Assembly: GCA_965214705.1 (NCBI GenBank)
Contig: CBDCCI010000001.1
Location: forward strand, 350,887-414,886
From: Alphaproteobacteria bacterium
GTDB lineage: Bacteria > Pseudomonadota > Alphaproteobacteria > UBA828
Reading direction: 5' to 3'
Length of the DNA: 64,000 nt
The translations under genes were made by a program, and so were the position numbers. Shown one piece after another: positions 29,101 through 38,994 of this stretch; position 1 is the first letter of the stretch; every line of letters starts with the position of its first letter. The notes under the pieces were generated by a model. That model searched no databases, was not told the DNA's origin, and saw nothing but the letters and a program-made list of their open reading frames with translations.

Positions 29101-29939
29101 GCGTGGTCGCGGGCGAAGCGGGCGCCGGCGATGACCCCGCCGGCGAGGCCGGAGAGCAGAAGCTGGACCGGCGCATCGCCCGCAGACTCCGCCTGCAGAT
29201 GGCCGCCGTTCGACTTCATGAGCGAGAGCGGCGCCGCGATCCCCGCCTTCTCCAGGTCGGTCGAGACCTGACCCACGAAGCGGTCGATGATGCGCTTGAT
29301 GAAGGCGTCGGTGATGACCGTGGCGCTCCGCTGATACTCGCGCCAGATCGGGCAGACATCGCTGGAGAGCGAAACTGGCAGCTCGGGGAAGCGCTCGGCC
29401 AGATAGACGCCGATGGCCTCCTCGTGGCTGGTATCGACATAGGAGAAGAGCAGATTGACCGCGACCGCCCACTCCTGGGCCGGGTCGCTCTTGCGCCATT
29501 CGTCGATCCAGTCGCCGAGCCGCTTCAGCTCAGGCTCTTCCAGCGGGACCAGGATGTTGCCCTTGTGATCGACGCGCTCTTTGATGCCGAAGACATGGCG
29601 GCGCAGCACGCCCGCGCTGGGCTTCTCCCACGCCGGATTGTAGGCCTCTTTGCGCGCGATCAGCCCGATGATGGGCACGTCCTGCACGCCGTCGGTGCCG
29701 ACGTAGAGCACGGTCGCGCCCTTCTTCTGCAGGCGCGCATTGGTGGCGATGGTGGTGCCGAGCACGATGCGGCCGATCTCGTCCGGCGTGAGCCGGCTCT
29801 GGTCGATGGCGTTGAGCGGCGCCGCGGCCGGCTGCTGCGGCGTGGAGGGGACCTTGACGGTGCGGATGTTTCCGCTCGCGTCGTCCAGCGCAACCAGGTC
29901 GGTGAACGTGCCGCCGGTGTCGATGCCGACCCTATACAT
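26124..29939 (-). CDS. fused hydantoinase/oxoprolinase A + B protein (ATP-dependent hydantoinase / 5-oxoprolinase / carboxylase family)
   Basis: ATG at 29939 six nt after GGAGG. MYRVGIDTGGTFTD hydantoinase_A N-terminus. The C-terminal half (from about aa 700) is hydantoinase_B-like (GDVIVHNDPYRGQCHMPE, GGGGYGDP). Confidence 0.9.
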   Translation of the reverse strand: MYRVGIDTGGTFTDLVALDDASGNIRTVKVPSTPQQPAAAPLNAIDQSRLTPDEIGRIVLGTTIATNARLQKKGATVLYVGTDGVQDVPIIGLIARKEAYNPAWEKPSAGVLRRHVFGIKERVDHKGNILVPLEEPELKRLGDWIDEWRKSDPAQEWAVAVNLLFSYVDTSHEEAIGVYLAERFPELPVSLSSDVCPIWREYQRSATVITDAFIKRIIDRFVGQVSTDLEKAGIAAPLSLMKSNGGHLQAESAGDAPVQLLLSGLAGGVIAGARFARDHAEGNGVTLDMGGTSCDVGLVTDGAFGSTTEYEVEWGVPVSALFIDYTTIGAGGGSIAYVDVGGLLRVGPRSAGADPGPACYGKGGTEPTVTDANVVLGRLDPDYFLGGEMTLDAGKAHEAVAGLGQTLGLTAVETARAILETAAENMADAIRLMTVERGIDHRDYALIAFGGAGPLHAVDVAAPLEMKKVVVPPHPGLCSALGTLLTDLRVDRARTVNHRSDTVDLPALNSQLQALARDAVEELKRDGLEGEARVTGYISMRYMGQNFGELVQLDTLELDGDGFARALEGLHRQHEELYGYALRDKVAEMTEVRVIAVGEERTDATLGAPAVGSGQAHAHREVYFDGDQPLETPIYRRAELPAGSVVAGPAIIDEMDSTTLVPPQSEVEIGADGSLIVSLPRAAGAAVGTGRLAPEKDPVTLTVVNNALGNICNEMESAMVRTAYSPIFSESRDFSCCLFDRRLRMVGQAEMNPAIICAGLHTVPLCVKEMEEPIEPGDVIVHNDPYRGQCHMPEHLLMKPVFVDGTLIGYAANIAHIAEIGGMAVGSFASTATEVFQEGLRLPPVKLLSRGEYVKDVWRIALANHRTPNTTWGDFHAMIGSLNTAEQRLGAMVKRLGVETFEKICDALVDHAEHWMRNEIRKLPNGIYKAEDYFEDDGVSTNRFYFRPTVHIREEEIVVDLSESDEQARGPINVTYVATAAAGCTAVLQTLCARDVPLNSGCFKPLRVVAPPGTVANPVFPAPSVAGNTEGQPRIIAAVQHALSKAVPEMVSAAEGGTACNLLLGGIHPDTGEYWTHYQLEGGGWGGRLGKDGNTALCCAHASTIRATPIEVFETRFPLRVMKYEIRPDSGGAGKWRGGLGCWRQFEVIADAISVSALTDRITEGPYGLMKGEAGAPTGFFVKRVEDDEFRTFKEVYGTVSPTKFVNIRLHRGDQILVRVPGGGGYGDPHERAEDALRADLEDGFVSVEGLSAYGRDASFADAVKEAAAAE

Positions 29940-30171
29940 CGCTTGCCTCCTCGCCATGCGTGGCTTCCTCGACGCGGCCGGCCGCCTTCGCTTCGGCGAA
30001 CTCCGCCCGGACCCGCCGCTTCACGTCGGCGCACTTGTCCTCGCAGAACATCTCGCCGGGGAACTCGTCGTCCACCCAGTATTCCCGCGCCATCATGATG
30101 CCGCAGAAGGAACAGTTGAAAATTCGCGTGTCGTACCAGGCGAGCTCAAACGGGAGCCACTTGCCGCTCAT
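29932..30171 (-). CDS. small Cys4 metal-binding protein (TRASH/YHS-like spacing CxxC-x19-CxxxC)
   Basis: ATG at 30171 after GGGAGGCGGGGAGAG. NCSFCG...19 aa...FCEDKC. Its stop overlaps the hydantoinase start (ATGTATAG), indicating translational coupling. Confidence 0.65.
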   Translation of the reverse strand: MSGKWLPFELAWYDTRIFNCSFCGIMMAREYWVDDEFPGEMFCEDKCADVKRRVRAEFAEAKAAGRVEEATHGEEASDV

Positions 30172-30369
30172 CTCTCCCCGCCTCCCAGCGTGTCTCGGAC
30201 GGCCGAGACACTTTCATGGCGCGCCATGCGGGTCAACCGCACGGCTACCGGGCCGTTAGGCCCGGACGGCGCGACCGCGCCGCGCGCGTAGCGCGGAGCC
30301 AAGCGAACGGAGTGAGCGCCCGGCGCCTGAGGGAAATGAAAGAGGGGGTGAGGTACGGACAGCGCCCCT

Positions 30370-31338
30370 CTACCAGCCGCGCGCCTGCTCGATGATGCGG
30401 ACGTTGGCGAGCCCGTCCTGGGCCGTGACCGCGAGCGGCGTGCCGCGGGCGATGGCGCGGGTGATGCTTTCAACCTGGGCCTTGTAAGTGTCGTGGCCCG
30501 CGAGCGGGACGGTGCGCGGCTCGCCGCCCTTGCGCACCGTGGTCATGGTGCCCGGAATGCCGACGAAGCCGCCCTCAATCGTGCAACAGCTCTCGCTGCC
30601 GAGCAGCTCGAACCCGCCGCCGGTGGTCACGGCGGTGGAGGCCGTGATCGTGCCGAAGGCACCGTTGGCGAAGCCGATGGAGACCGCGGCAGTGTCAGCC
30701 GAGCGCCCGTAGGCCTTGTTGGCGAGGTGGGCATGCACTGTCTTCGCCTCGCCGTTGAACCAGCGCAGCAGGTCGATGAAGTGGGTGCCGATATCGCCCA
30801 GCACCCAGCAGCCCGACTTCTCGTCGTCGAGGCGCCACCAGTCGTCGGGCACTTCGGGGTAGCGGTAGCGGAACTGACAGTGCATGTGCACCGGCTCGCC
30901 GAAGCGGCCTGCCTGCCATTGCGCGCGGATGGCATCGAGCCTCGGGTGGTAGCGGCTGTTGTAGCCGATGGTGAGCAGTCGCTCGGCCTTCTTGGCGGCC
31001 CGGATCATTGCCCGGCACTCGGCCTGGTTCATGGCCATGGGCTTCTCGCAGAGCACGTGCTTGCCGGCCTTGAGTGCGGTGATGGTCTGGTCCCTGTGCA
31101 GGTGGTTGGGGCTCGCGATCCACACCACGTCGATGGCGGGATCGGCGAAGAAGGCCTCGAGGTCCGTGTAGCCGCGGGCCACGCCGTGGCTCGCGCAGTA
31201 GCGCTCGGCGTTCTCCTGCTTCGTGGACAGCACGGCCTTGAACCGCGCGCCCCGCGCCGCATTGATCGCCGGGCCAAGGATCATGTCGCTCCAGCCCCGC
31301 GTGCCGATCATGCCCCAGCCGACCGGTTTCGCCGCCAT
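30370..31338 (-). CDS. Gfo/Idh/MocA-family NAD(P)-dependent oxidoreductase
   Basis: ATG at 31338 after GGGAGGTGA. N-terminal Rossmann GWGMIGTRGW...VVWIASPNHLHRDQTITALKAGKHVLCEKPMA is typical of the family. Confidence 0.85.
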   Translation of the reverse strand: MAAKPVGWGMIGTRGWSDMILGPAINAARGARFKAVLSTKQENAERYCASHGVARGYTDLEAFFADPAIDVVWIASPNHLHRDQTITALKAGKHVLCEKPMAMNQAECRAMIRAAKKAERLLTIGYNSRYHPRLDAIRAQWQAGRFGEPVHMHCQFRYRYPEVPDDWWRLDDEKSGCWVLGDIGTHFIDLLRWFNGEAKTVHAHLANKAYGRSADTAAVSIGFANGAFGTITASTAVTTGGGFELLGSESCCTIEGGFVGIPGTMTTVRKGGEPRTVPLAGHDTYKAQVESITRAIARGTPLAVTAQDGLANVRIIEQARGW

Positions 31339-31655
31339 GCTCACCTCCCGCATACCTGTCGTCGCCGCGCGATGGTATCACGGGGCGAGACATGCGACCC
31401 GAGGCCGGCTGCAGCAGCATTGACACCCGCCCGATCTTTCGCCCACCCGACGTAACCATGCGCGGTTACGTGTTACGTTCGTTTCCGCCGCTTGTGTTGC
31501 AAAATGAGCCATTCCGGCGCATGAGTGCGGCGGGTCTTGAGCCACGATGCACGAACTTCCTGCGTGGAATCGCTGCCGACAGTAATGTGTGAGCAGCACT
31601 GGAATCGGTTATGGCTGTGGGCTGTACACGGGAGCGGTGAATCACTCGTAGGGAA

Positions 31656-32558
31656 TTGGACTTGCTGAAATCGGACATCGGCGAATTGGGCGCCGTGCTG
31701 CTTTACCAATTCGTCGCGAGGCGATTCCTTCCCGTCTCTTGGTTTCGCCGGGTCGATCCCGCGCGGATTCCCAGAGCGAAGCGCCGGGACCGGCTTCACC
31801 TGCACATAGTGAGCCACTGTTGGCGCTACGGCCATTTCCTGACCTATCAGCTTAGCTCTCTCGTTATTCATGGAAGCGCAAGATGCGACCTCACGATGAC
31901 GGTGTACTACTCCCCCGAAGATGAGCAAACCCAGGAGGTGCTACGTTTCTTCGGAGAGATTGAGCTCCCAGGTATCACATGGGACTGGCAGCCATTGCCG
32001 AACGAATCCCTGTTTCGGCGTGGCATCGGTCGAAATCTCTCGGCGAAGCGAAGTACCGCCGATTGGGTTTGGTTTACTGACGCGGATGTCGTCTTCGGAG
32101 AGGGCTGCTTGGATTCTCTGGCGGAGCTTCTTCAGGACAGGGACGACATGCTCGTCTTTCCTGCGTTGACGCGAGCAACCATGTTACTGCCGGAAGAGGA
32201 TCCCGTCTTGCAGCGAGGTCGAACGGGTCCGGCGGTCATAGACCTTCCGCTGCAAGCGTTCCCGTATCGCCTGGGGCCGGCGAAGAGAGCCATGGGCCCC
32301 TACCAGATTGTGCACGGGGACATCGCACGCGCGTTCGGATACTGCGACTCGATACCTGTCTATCAGAAACCAGCCAAGCATTGGCGCAAGTGCTATGAAG
32401 ACTCCGCGTTCCGGTGGCTACTCGGCACGCATGGCGTGCCCATTGACCTCGCAGGGGTGTGTCAAATCCGGCACCTCACCAAGGGCCGATACCGACAAAG
32501 TACGCTAAACGCGGTTTTCCGTACCTTTCTACGCAAGAGACGGAACCCGCAGCGGTGA
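31656..32558 (+). CDS. hypothetical protein, GT-A-like glycosyltransferase fold suspected
   Basis: 300-aa ORF in a lower-GC stretch. WVWFTDADVVF contains a DxD-like motif. The TTG start is uncertain. Confidence 0.55.
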   Translation: MDLLKSDIGELGAVLLYQFVARRFLPVSWFRRVDPARIPRAKRRDRLHLHIVSHCWRYGHFLTYQLSSLVIHGSARCDLTMTVYYSPEDEQTQEVLRFFGEIELPGITWDWQPLPNESLFRRGIGRNLSAKRSTADWVWFTDADVVFGEGCLDSLAELLQDRDDMLVFPALTRATMLLPEEDPVLQRGRTGPAVIDLPLQAFPYRLGPAKRAMGPYQIVHGDIARAFGYCDSIPVYQKPAKHWRKCYEDSAFRWLLGTHGVPIDLAGVCQIRHLTKGRYRQSTLNAVFRTFLRKRRNPQR

Positions 32559-32842
32559 GCACGGGGTACTCTTGTTTCGACTGACATCGCCCATCATCTT
32601 CGCCTCCGAGCTCATCACGCGGGGAAGGAAAGTGACGCAAGGACGCTCGGCCAAATTCCCCAGTGCATCAATGGCCAGTAAGTCGTCCGGTTTGGAGATA
32701 CGCTGCCATTTGCCTGGCGGATTTTGCGCGATTCTTTGATCCGCCGATGACCGAGGCGGCCCCTTTCTTGACACGAAAAACGCGCTTATCCCTTCCGGCC
32801 GCGATGGATCGCCGATTCGCCCGAGCTGGACTTGTGGGTTCT

Positions 32843-34138
32843 CTATAATGTTGATGCTCTTGGCCCGACTCCCCAGAAGCCGTACGCATCCGGTCCGGCC
32901 AGCCGCTCGGCGATACTTGCGGCCGCCCCGATCCCGTCGGTCTCAGGGAAATAGACCGACGACAAGTAGCTCATGAAGGCGTCGCGAGCGTCCGCATCAA
33001 AACTAAGTGCCTCGGCCTTGGCGAGGACATCCTTGAGACTGTCCAGGTCAGGCGCCGGTGTCGCGATTCCGGGGATGGACCAGAAGGTTTGTCCGCAGAC
33101 CACCACCGGCTTGTCGAAATAGAACGCCTGGATCCCAACCGAGGAGTTGACCGTGACCACACCGCGAGACGCGGCGACTTGTTCGAAAGTGTCGGTGTCA
33201 TTGTCCAGCCAGATTCGGGACGTGCCGGCTGCGCGAACCGCTTCGACAACCGAGACCTGGGTCGAGGGATGTTCCTTGAGCCGCAGATGCCAGCCATCGG
33301 GCAGTGAACTGGCTGCCGACGCAAGGGATGACACAAAGACATCGACGCTTCTGAACTCGCCACCAAACAACCGGACCTGGGTGTCTTTGGGAACCTGCAA
33401 CGGTACGAAAAGAAAAGGCTCATCCAGGGACGGCAATCCATCATCGCTGACCCGTGGCCGGGAGGCGGTGCGCTGCCGGATGTCGCTCCGCGCCGCGCGC
33501 CATGCCTTTCGATCGGGTGCATGTTTGTCGGCCCATGCCAGATAGGGCTCGAGCGTTCGAGGCAACGAACAGAGCGCATTGACCCCACGCGGGTCGACCG
33601 TAATCCGCCCGGGCAGCGGCGCGAGTTCGAGGTATAGCCGTTGCGCACCAGCAGCTCGCGCACCTTCCATGAAGGCCATACGCCCTCCATCGCTGGCGCC
33701 CCAAGCCACGGCGACGGCCGACCTGCGGCGCTGGAACAGCCGCCGTGCACCAGCATATTGCGCTTTGAGGTGCCACAGTTTGAGTGTTCGCATCAGCCAG
33801 CCAGACGGCTGGTTTGGCGTGTTGGGCAATGCTCTTTCGGCGACTGCGCGCGCCTCTGCATACCGGCGCAGGCCTATCGGGCGCAGCAGGATCCAGCTAA
33901 CCCTGCCCTCTCGACCCAGCACGTGCTCGATCGTCCGCCGCTGTGAAGGGTCGCGGCTCAAGCACAGGAACTCGAATGGCGCGGTCTTGGTCATTTTGAG
34001 ATACGACGACATAGCATGAAGTCGGGGGTCGGCGGCGGCCAATAGCAAGTATGGGGGTTGGAAAACCGGCTTCACCACATCTGTGATCGCCGTGAAGCAC
34101 GACGATGCGGCGCGCTCCGGCGACATAGACACGACCAA
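32843..34138 (-). CDS. capsule polysaccharide biosynthesis protein family (KpsS/KpsC-like)
   Basis: FLFVPLQVPKDTQV..., LRLKEHPS..., VVTVNSSVGIQAFYFDKPVVVCG resemble the Capsule_synth family. Lower GC. The start is ambiguous (34138 or the ATG at 34012). Confidence 0.65.
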   Translation of the reverse strand: MVVSMSPERAASSCFTAITDVVKPVFQPPYLLLAAADPRLHAMSSYLKMTKTAPFEFLCLSRDPSQRRTIEHVLGREGRVSWILLRPIGLRRYAEARAVAERALPNTPNQPSGWLMRTLKLWHLKAQYAGARRLFQRRRSAVAVAWGASDGGRMAFMEGARAAGAQRLYLELAPLPGRITVDPRGVNALCSLPRTLEPYLAWADKHAPDRKAWRAARSDIRQRTASRPRVSDDGLPSLDEPFLFVPLQVPKDTQVRLFGGEFRSVDVFVSSLASAASSLPDGWHLRLKEHPSTQVSVVEAVRAAGTSRIWLDNDTDTFEQVAASRGVVTVNSSVGIQAFYFDKPVVVCGQTFWSIPGIATPAPDLDSLKDVLAKAEALSFDADARDAFMSYLSSVYFPETDGIGAAASIAERLAGPDAYGFWGVGPRASTL

Positions 34139-34229
34139 CGACCGTCATCGGACTGGCCCGCATTGACCGGCCGCGGGCGCCGGTCATAGAGTGTGCACCC
34201 TTCCCGCCGCAGCACGCCAGACGCCCCCG

Positions 34230-35429
34230 ATGAAGGCCCTCTCGGACATCGTGATGCTCGACCTGACGCATATGCTGTCGGGCCCATTCGCGGCGATGCT
34301 GCTGGCCGATCTCGGCGCCCAGACCATCAAGGTGGAGCCGCCGGGCACCGGCGAGATGACCCGTAGCCTGATGGGCGACCACCCACGCTACGCCTACAAG
34401 GGGATGGGGCCTTACTTCCGCACGCTCAACCGCAACAAGAAGAGCGTTTGCATCGACCTGAAGCGGGCGGAAGGCCGCGCCCTCTTCCACGAGCTTGCGG
34501 CCAAGGCAGACATCGTCGTCAACAATTTTCGCGCCGGCGTGACCGAGCGCCTCGGCATCGACCACGCGACGCTCGCCGCGATCAACCCGCGCATCATCAC
34601 CTGCAGCGTGACCGGCTTCGGCGAGGAGGGGCCGGACTGCGACCGCACCGCCTTCGACATGGTGGCCCAGGGCTACGGCGGCGGCATGTCGATTACTGGC
34701 GAGCCCGGCGGCCCGCCCACCCGTGCCGGCGTGCCCATGGGCGACCTCACGAGCGGGCTCTTCGGCGCGGTCGCCATGTTGGCGGCGCTGCACGCGCGCG
34801 AGCTGACCGGGCGAGGCCAGCATATCGACCTCTCCATGCAGGACTGCCAAGTCTCGCTCCTGAGCTACATCGCCGCGATGCACCTGCTCTCCGGCGATGT
34901 GCCGCGCCAGTTCGGCAACGCGCATTCGGTCTACGTGCCGTACGATACATTCCAGACCAAGGACCGATGGCTCATCATCGCGGTGGTGAAGGACGATCAA
35001 TGGGCACGGCTCAGGGACGTGCTGGGGAGCCCGGCGCTCCAGGACGCGCGCTTCGACGGCTACGAGGGCCGGCGTGACCATCGGGAGGAGGTCGTCGGCG
35101 CGATCACGGAGGCGCTTGCGGCGCGCGGCTGCGACGAGTGGCTGGAGAGGCTGCGCGCGGCCCGCGTGCCTTGCGGGCCGGTCAACGACGTGGCCCACGC
35201 GCTCACCGATGTGCAGGTGCAGGCCCGCGACATGGTGGTCGAGATCGAGCACCCGGAGGGCGGCTGCTTCCGCACCACGGGCAACCCGATCAAGCTGAGC
35301 GAGACGCCGGGCGAGAGCTACGCCCCACCGCCGCTCCTCGGCCAGCATACGGACGAGGTGCTGACCGGCCTCTGCAGCAAGAGCGGCGCCGATCTCTCCC
35401 GGCTCAGGCAAGCAGGTGTGATAGCCTGA
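34230..35429 (+). CDS. family III CoA-transferase (CaiB/BaiF type)
   Basis: ATG at 34230. MKALSDIVMLDLTHMLSGPFAAMLLADLGAQTIKVEPPG and AFDMVAQGYGGGMSITG family blocks. Confidence 0.9.
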   Translation: MKALSDIVMLDLTHMLSGPFAAMLLADLGAQTIKVEPPGTGEMTRSLMGDHPRYAYKGMGPYFRTLNRNKKSVCIDLKRAEGRALFHELAAKADIVVNNFRAGVTERLGIDHATLAAINPRIITCSVTGFGEEGPDCDRTAFDMVAQGYGGGMSITGEPGGPPTRAGVPMGDLTSGLFGAVAMLAALHARELTGRGQHIDLSMQDCQVSLLSYIAAMHLLSGDVPRQFGNAHSVYVPYDTFQTKDRWLIIAVVKDDQWARLRDVLGSPALQDARFDGYEGRRDHREEVVGAITEALAARGCDEWLERLRAARVPCGPVNDVAHALTDVQVQARDMVVEIEHPEGGCFRTTGNPIKLSETPGESYAPPPLLGQHTDEVLTGLCSKSGADLSRLRQAGVIA

Positions 35430-35459
35430 ACCGCTGGCACAGACGCAGGGAAACGAACG

Positions 35460-36374
35460 ATGAGTGAGGTTATCACCGTGCACGAGGTGGGGCTCCGGGA
35501 CGGGCTCCAGAACCAGCCGCGCGTCGTGCCGACGGAAGGCAAGCTCCGCCTGCTGGATGCCCTGCTGGATGCGGGCCTCCAGTCCATCGAGGCCGCGAGC
35601 TTCGTCTCGCCCAAGGCAGTACCGCAGATGGCGGACGCGGCGGAGATATTTGCCAACCTGCCGCAGGATCGCCGCGCCGGCTACGAGGCGTTGGTGCCCA
35701 ACGAGAAAGGCTACGAGCGCGCGGCGGAGGCCGGCGTCACCACCGTGGCGCTGGTGCTCGCCGCCACCGACACCTTCAACCGGCGCAACATCAACATGTC
35801 TCTGGACGAGGCGATCCGGGTCAACGAGGCGGTGATAAGGCGAGCGAAGGCGGACGGGATTCGCGCCCGCTCCTATCTCTCGGTGGTCGCCGCCTGCCCC
35901 TACGAGGGCGTGGTCCCGCCCGAGACGGTGTTCGACCTCGCCGCGCGCATGTTCGAAGCCGGTGCCGACGAGCTTGCGCTGGGCGATTCAACCGGCGCGG
36001 GCACCCCGCCGCAGATGGCGCACCTGTTCGAGACGCTGGCCCATCGCTACGGGCCCGAGCGCCTCGCCGGCCACTTCCACGACACGCGCGCCATGGGACT
36101 CACGCTCACCTGGGTCGCCATCGAGTGCGGGATTCGCAAGTTCGACAGCTCCATCGGCGGCCTTGGCGGCTGCCCCTTCGCGCCGGGCGCCACCGGCAAC
36201 CTTGCCACCGAGGACCTGGTGTTCATGGTGACCGAGGCCGGCTTCGAGACCGGCATCGACGTGGGCAGCCTGCGCAAGGCCGTCGCCGTCGCCGAGGAGC
36301 TGACCGGCCAGGCCCTCGGCGGCCGAATCACGCCCTTCCTGGATTCAAGAGAGAAGCGCGCCCGCGCCAATTAA
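35460..36374 (+). CDS. hydroxymethylglutaryl-CoA lyase-like (HMGL family) lyase
   Basis: [40 protein letters not shown] and [21 protein letters not shown] are hallmark HMG-CoA lyase blocks. Confidence 0.9.
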   Translation: MSEVITVHEVGLRDGLQNQPRVVPTEGKLRLLDALLDAGLQSIEAASFVSPKAVPQMADAAEIFANLPQDRRAGYEALVPNEKGYERAAEAGVTTVALVLAATDTFNRRNINMSLDEAIRVNEAVIRRAKADGIRARSYLSVVAACPYEGVVPPETVFDLAARMFEAGADELALGDSTGAGTPPQMAHLFETLAHRYGPERLAGHFHDTRAMGLTLTWVAIECGIRKFDSSIGGLGGCPFAPGATGNLATEDLVFMVTEAGFETGIDVGSLRKAVAVAEELTGQALGGRITPFLDSREKRARAN

Positions 36375-37018
36375 TCCGTGCCGAAGAGCCGGTCGCCGGC
36401 GTCACCCAGGCCCGGCACGATATAGGCCTTCTCGTTCAGGCACTCGTCGAGGCTCGCAGCCCACACCTCGACGCTCGCGTGCTTCTCGTTGAAGGCGCGC
36501 ATCCCCTCGGGCGCGGCAACCATGGCCATGAAGCGGACGTTGCTGTCGTCGATGCCGTTCCGGTTGAGCAGGTCGACCGCATAGGAGGCGGAGTAGCCGG
36601 TGGCGAGCATCGGGTCGACCAGGATGAAGAGGCGGTTCGTGTCCGCCGGGAGCCGCACGTAGTACTCCACCGGCCGGTGAGTGTTCGGGTCGCGATAGAG
36701 CCCAATGTGGCCGAGCGGCGCGGTCGGCAGCAGCTCCGCCAGTCCCTCCGCCATGCCGAGACCGGCGCGCAGGATCGGCACGATCGCGGGCTTGCGGCCG
36801 CGCAGGAAGGGTGCCTCCATCTCCGTCAGCGGCGTCTCGATGGTGCGCGAGTCCATCGGCAGGCCTCTGGTGATCTCGTAGCCGATGAGCAAGGCGATCT
36901 CGCGCAACAGATCGCGGAACAGCGGGGTCCAGGTCGTCTTGTCGCGCAGGTGGCTCAGCTTGTGCTGCACCAGCGGGTGATCGACCACATGGAGGTTGGG
37001 GAACGGATTATCGCTCAT
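36371..37018 (-). CDS. upp: uracil phosphoribosyltransferase
   Basis: [17 protein letters not shown]..., [20 protein letters not shown] (PRPP loop), [17 protein letters not shown]-terminus. Confidence 0.9.
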   Translation of the reverse strand: MSDNPFPNLHVVDHPLVQHKLSHLRDKTTWTPLFRDLLREIALLIGYEITRGLPMDSRTIETPLTEMEAPFLRGRKPAIVPILRAGLGMAEGLAELLPTAPLGHIGLYRDPNTHRPVEYYVRLPADTNRLFILVDPMLATGYSASYAVDLLNRNGIDDSNVRFMAMVAAPEGMRAFNEKHASVEVWAASLDECLNEKAYIVPGLGDAGDRLFGTD

Positions 37019-37021
37019 GGG

Positions 37022-37606
37022 CTATCGGCTCGCCTGAGGTTGCGGGTCGCTGTAGAGGGAGGGGACGATGACGGGCATCAGCAGCCGGAAGGGGATCAGT
37101 AGGACGGCCGCCATCCCCACCTTGATGCCGAAATCGCCGAGCGCCCAGGTCACCCACGGCAGGCCCGTCAGCGCGAAGGCCGCGCTGAAGAAGATCGCGG
37201 TATCGAGCGCGGACGCGGAGAGCGACGAGACCAGTGGCGCCCGCCACCAGAGGCCGCGCCTCAGCCGGTGGAACAGCGCGATGTCGAAGAGCTGGGCGCA
37301 GATGAAGGCGAAGCCCGAAGCCAGCGCCACGCGAACGCCTTCCCAGAGCGGAATGTCCGCCGCCACCGCGAGGATGATGGAAAGCCCCATCCCGAAGGGG
37401 AAGCCTACATAGGCCACCGTGCGCGCCCGCCCCGGCCCCCACGCCCGGTTGGTGAGATCGGTCACCAGAAAAGCCAGCGGATAGGTGAACGCGCCCCAGG
37501 TCAGCCAGTCGTTGATCGCGTGCTGGACGGCGACGTTCGAGACCCCGATCACCGCCATCATCGCGACGATGGGGAGCAGCAGCGACAGCGGGAAGGGCGC
37601 CTTCAT
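37022..37606 (-). CDS. queuosine-precursor transporter family (YhhQ/DUF165) membrane protein
   Basis: FTYPLAFLVTDLTNR and LVSSLSASALDTAIFF blocks typical of the VUT/YhhQ family. Located 4 nt from upp. Confidence 0.8.
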   Translation of the reverse strand: MKAPFPLSLLLPIVAMMAVIGVSNVAVQHAINDWLTWGAFTYPLAFLVTDLTNRAWGPGRARTVAYVGFPFGMGLSIILAVAADIPLWEGVRVALASGFAFICAQLFDIALFHRLRRGLWWRAPLVSSLSASALDTAIFFSAAFALTGLPWVTWALGDFGIKVGMAAVLLIPFRLLMPVIVPSLYSDPQPQASR

Positions 37607-37669
37607 GGCCGCGGACTATAAGGCGCAGGCCCCACGGGACCAACGCGCGCGGGCGCAAACTGAGGGAGT

Positions 37670-37966
37670 CTATTCCGCGGCGTTGGCCGCGCGGGCATTC
37701 CTCACTTGGCGCTTGATACGCCGGGCATCCTGGGAGAGCCGGTCGTCCGAGGTCTTGAGCAGGTAGCTGTCGAGGCCGCCGTGGCGTTCCACCGTGCGGA
37801 TCGCGCTGGTCGAGACCTTAAGCCGCACCATCCGCCCCAGCGCTTCGCTGTGCAGCGCCTTGTCGTGCAGATTGGGCAGGAACCGCCGACGGGTCTTGTT
37901 GTGAGCGTGGCTCACGTTGTTGCCGGTCAGGACGCCCTTGCCGGTCAGCTCGCAGCGGCGTGCCAT
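37670..37966 (-). CDS. rpmB: 50S ribosomal protein L28
   Basis: [33 protein letters not shown] is the conserved L28 N-terminus. Confidence 0.95.
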   Translation of the reverse strand: MARRCELTGKGVLTGNNVSHAHNKTRRRFLPNLHDKALHSEALGRMVRLKVSTSAIRTVERHGGLDSYLLKTSDDRLSQDARRIKRQVRNARAANAAE

Positions 37967-38043
37967 GGTTCGCGCTCCGTGGAGGAAAGAGCGGGCTATT
38001 TAGAAGGATCGGACGAAACCGTCAAGCATGCGTGCCCGCACGG

Positions 38044-38994
38044 ATGACAGAGCCGGCCTTTTGCTCTAAACCGCGAGGAATGAGCCGAGGAGGACAAGCC
38101 GCCCGGCGCCGCGCCGAAAAGACTCTGGCGGCCGTCAACGGGGTCATCGATGTCCGCTTGCCAGCGTGCCAGACCGCGCCGCTCATCTTCACCTCTCCCC
38201 ACAGCGGCACCGACTACGACCCCGCCTTCATCGCGAGCTCCCGGCTCGACGAGAAGAACCTGCGGCGCTCGGAGGACAGCTTCGTCGACGAGATCTTCGC
38301 CGGCGCGCCGGAGAGCGGGGCGCCGCTGCTCTGCGCGCTCTATCCGCGCGCGTACCTAGACCCCAACCGCGAGCCCTACGAGCTCGACCCGGAGATGTTC
38401 ACCGAGCCGCTGCCGAGCCACGTGAAGACCCGCTCCGACCGGGTGCGCGCGGGCTTCGGCACCATCGCCAAGCTGGTGGCGTCGGGCGCCGAGATCTATG
38501 CCGGCAAGATGACCTTCGCCGAGGCCGAGCGCCGTATCGACAGGCTCTACCGACCCTATCACCGGGCGCTCGAAGGGCTGATCGAGGCGACGCTGCACGA
38601 CTTCGGCGCGGCCTTCGTGCTGGATTGCCACTCGATGCCCTCGGTCGGCGGGCCGACGGACCGGGACCGCGGAACGCCCCGCCCCGACATCGTGCTGGGT
38701 GACCGCTTCGGCGCCTCCTGCGAGCCTGCGGTGGTCGAGACGGCGGAGCGCATCCTGCGTGACCTGGACTTAACGGTCAGGCGCAACGAGCCCTACGCCG
38801 GCGCCTACACCACCGCCCATTACGGCCAGCCCGGCAAGCGCGTGCACGCGCTGCAGATCGAGGTCAACCGCCGGCTCTACATGAACGAGGCCACGGTCGC
38901 GCGCTCGCGCGACCTGCCCCGGCTCAGGCGCAAGATGAACCACTTCATCGCCGCCATGGCGGAGGAGAGCCTGGCGCTGGTGGAGACCCTCTGA
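38044..38994 (+). CDS. N-formylglutamate amidohydrolase family protein
   Basis: FTSPHSGTDYDP, YLDPNREPYELD and LDCHSMPS are FGase-family metal and active-site blocks. The start is at 38044 or 38080. Confidence 0.8.
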   Translation: MTEPAFCSKPRGMSRGGQAARRRAEKTLAAVNGVIDVRLPACQTAPLIFTSPHSGTDYDPAFIASSRLDEKNLRRSEDSFVDEIFAGAPESGAPLLCALYPRAYLDPNREPYELDPEMFTEPLPSHVKTRSDRVRAGFGTIAKLVASGAEIYAGKMTFAEAERRIDRLYRPYHRALEGLIEATLHDFGAAFVLDCHSMPSVGGPTDRDRGTPRPDIVLGDRFGASCEPAVVETAERILRDLDLTVRRNEPYAGAYTTAHYGQPGKRVHALQIEVNRRLYMNEATVARSRDLPRLRRKMNHFIAAMAEESLALVETL

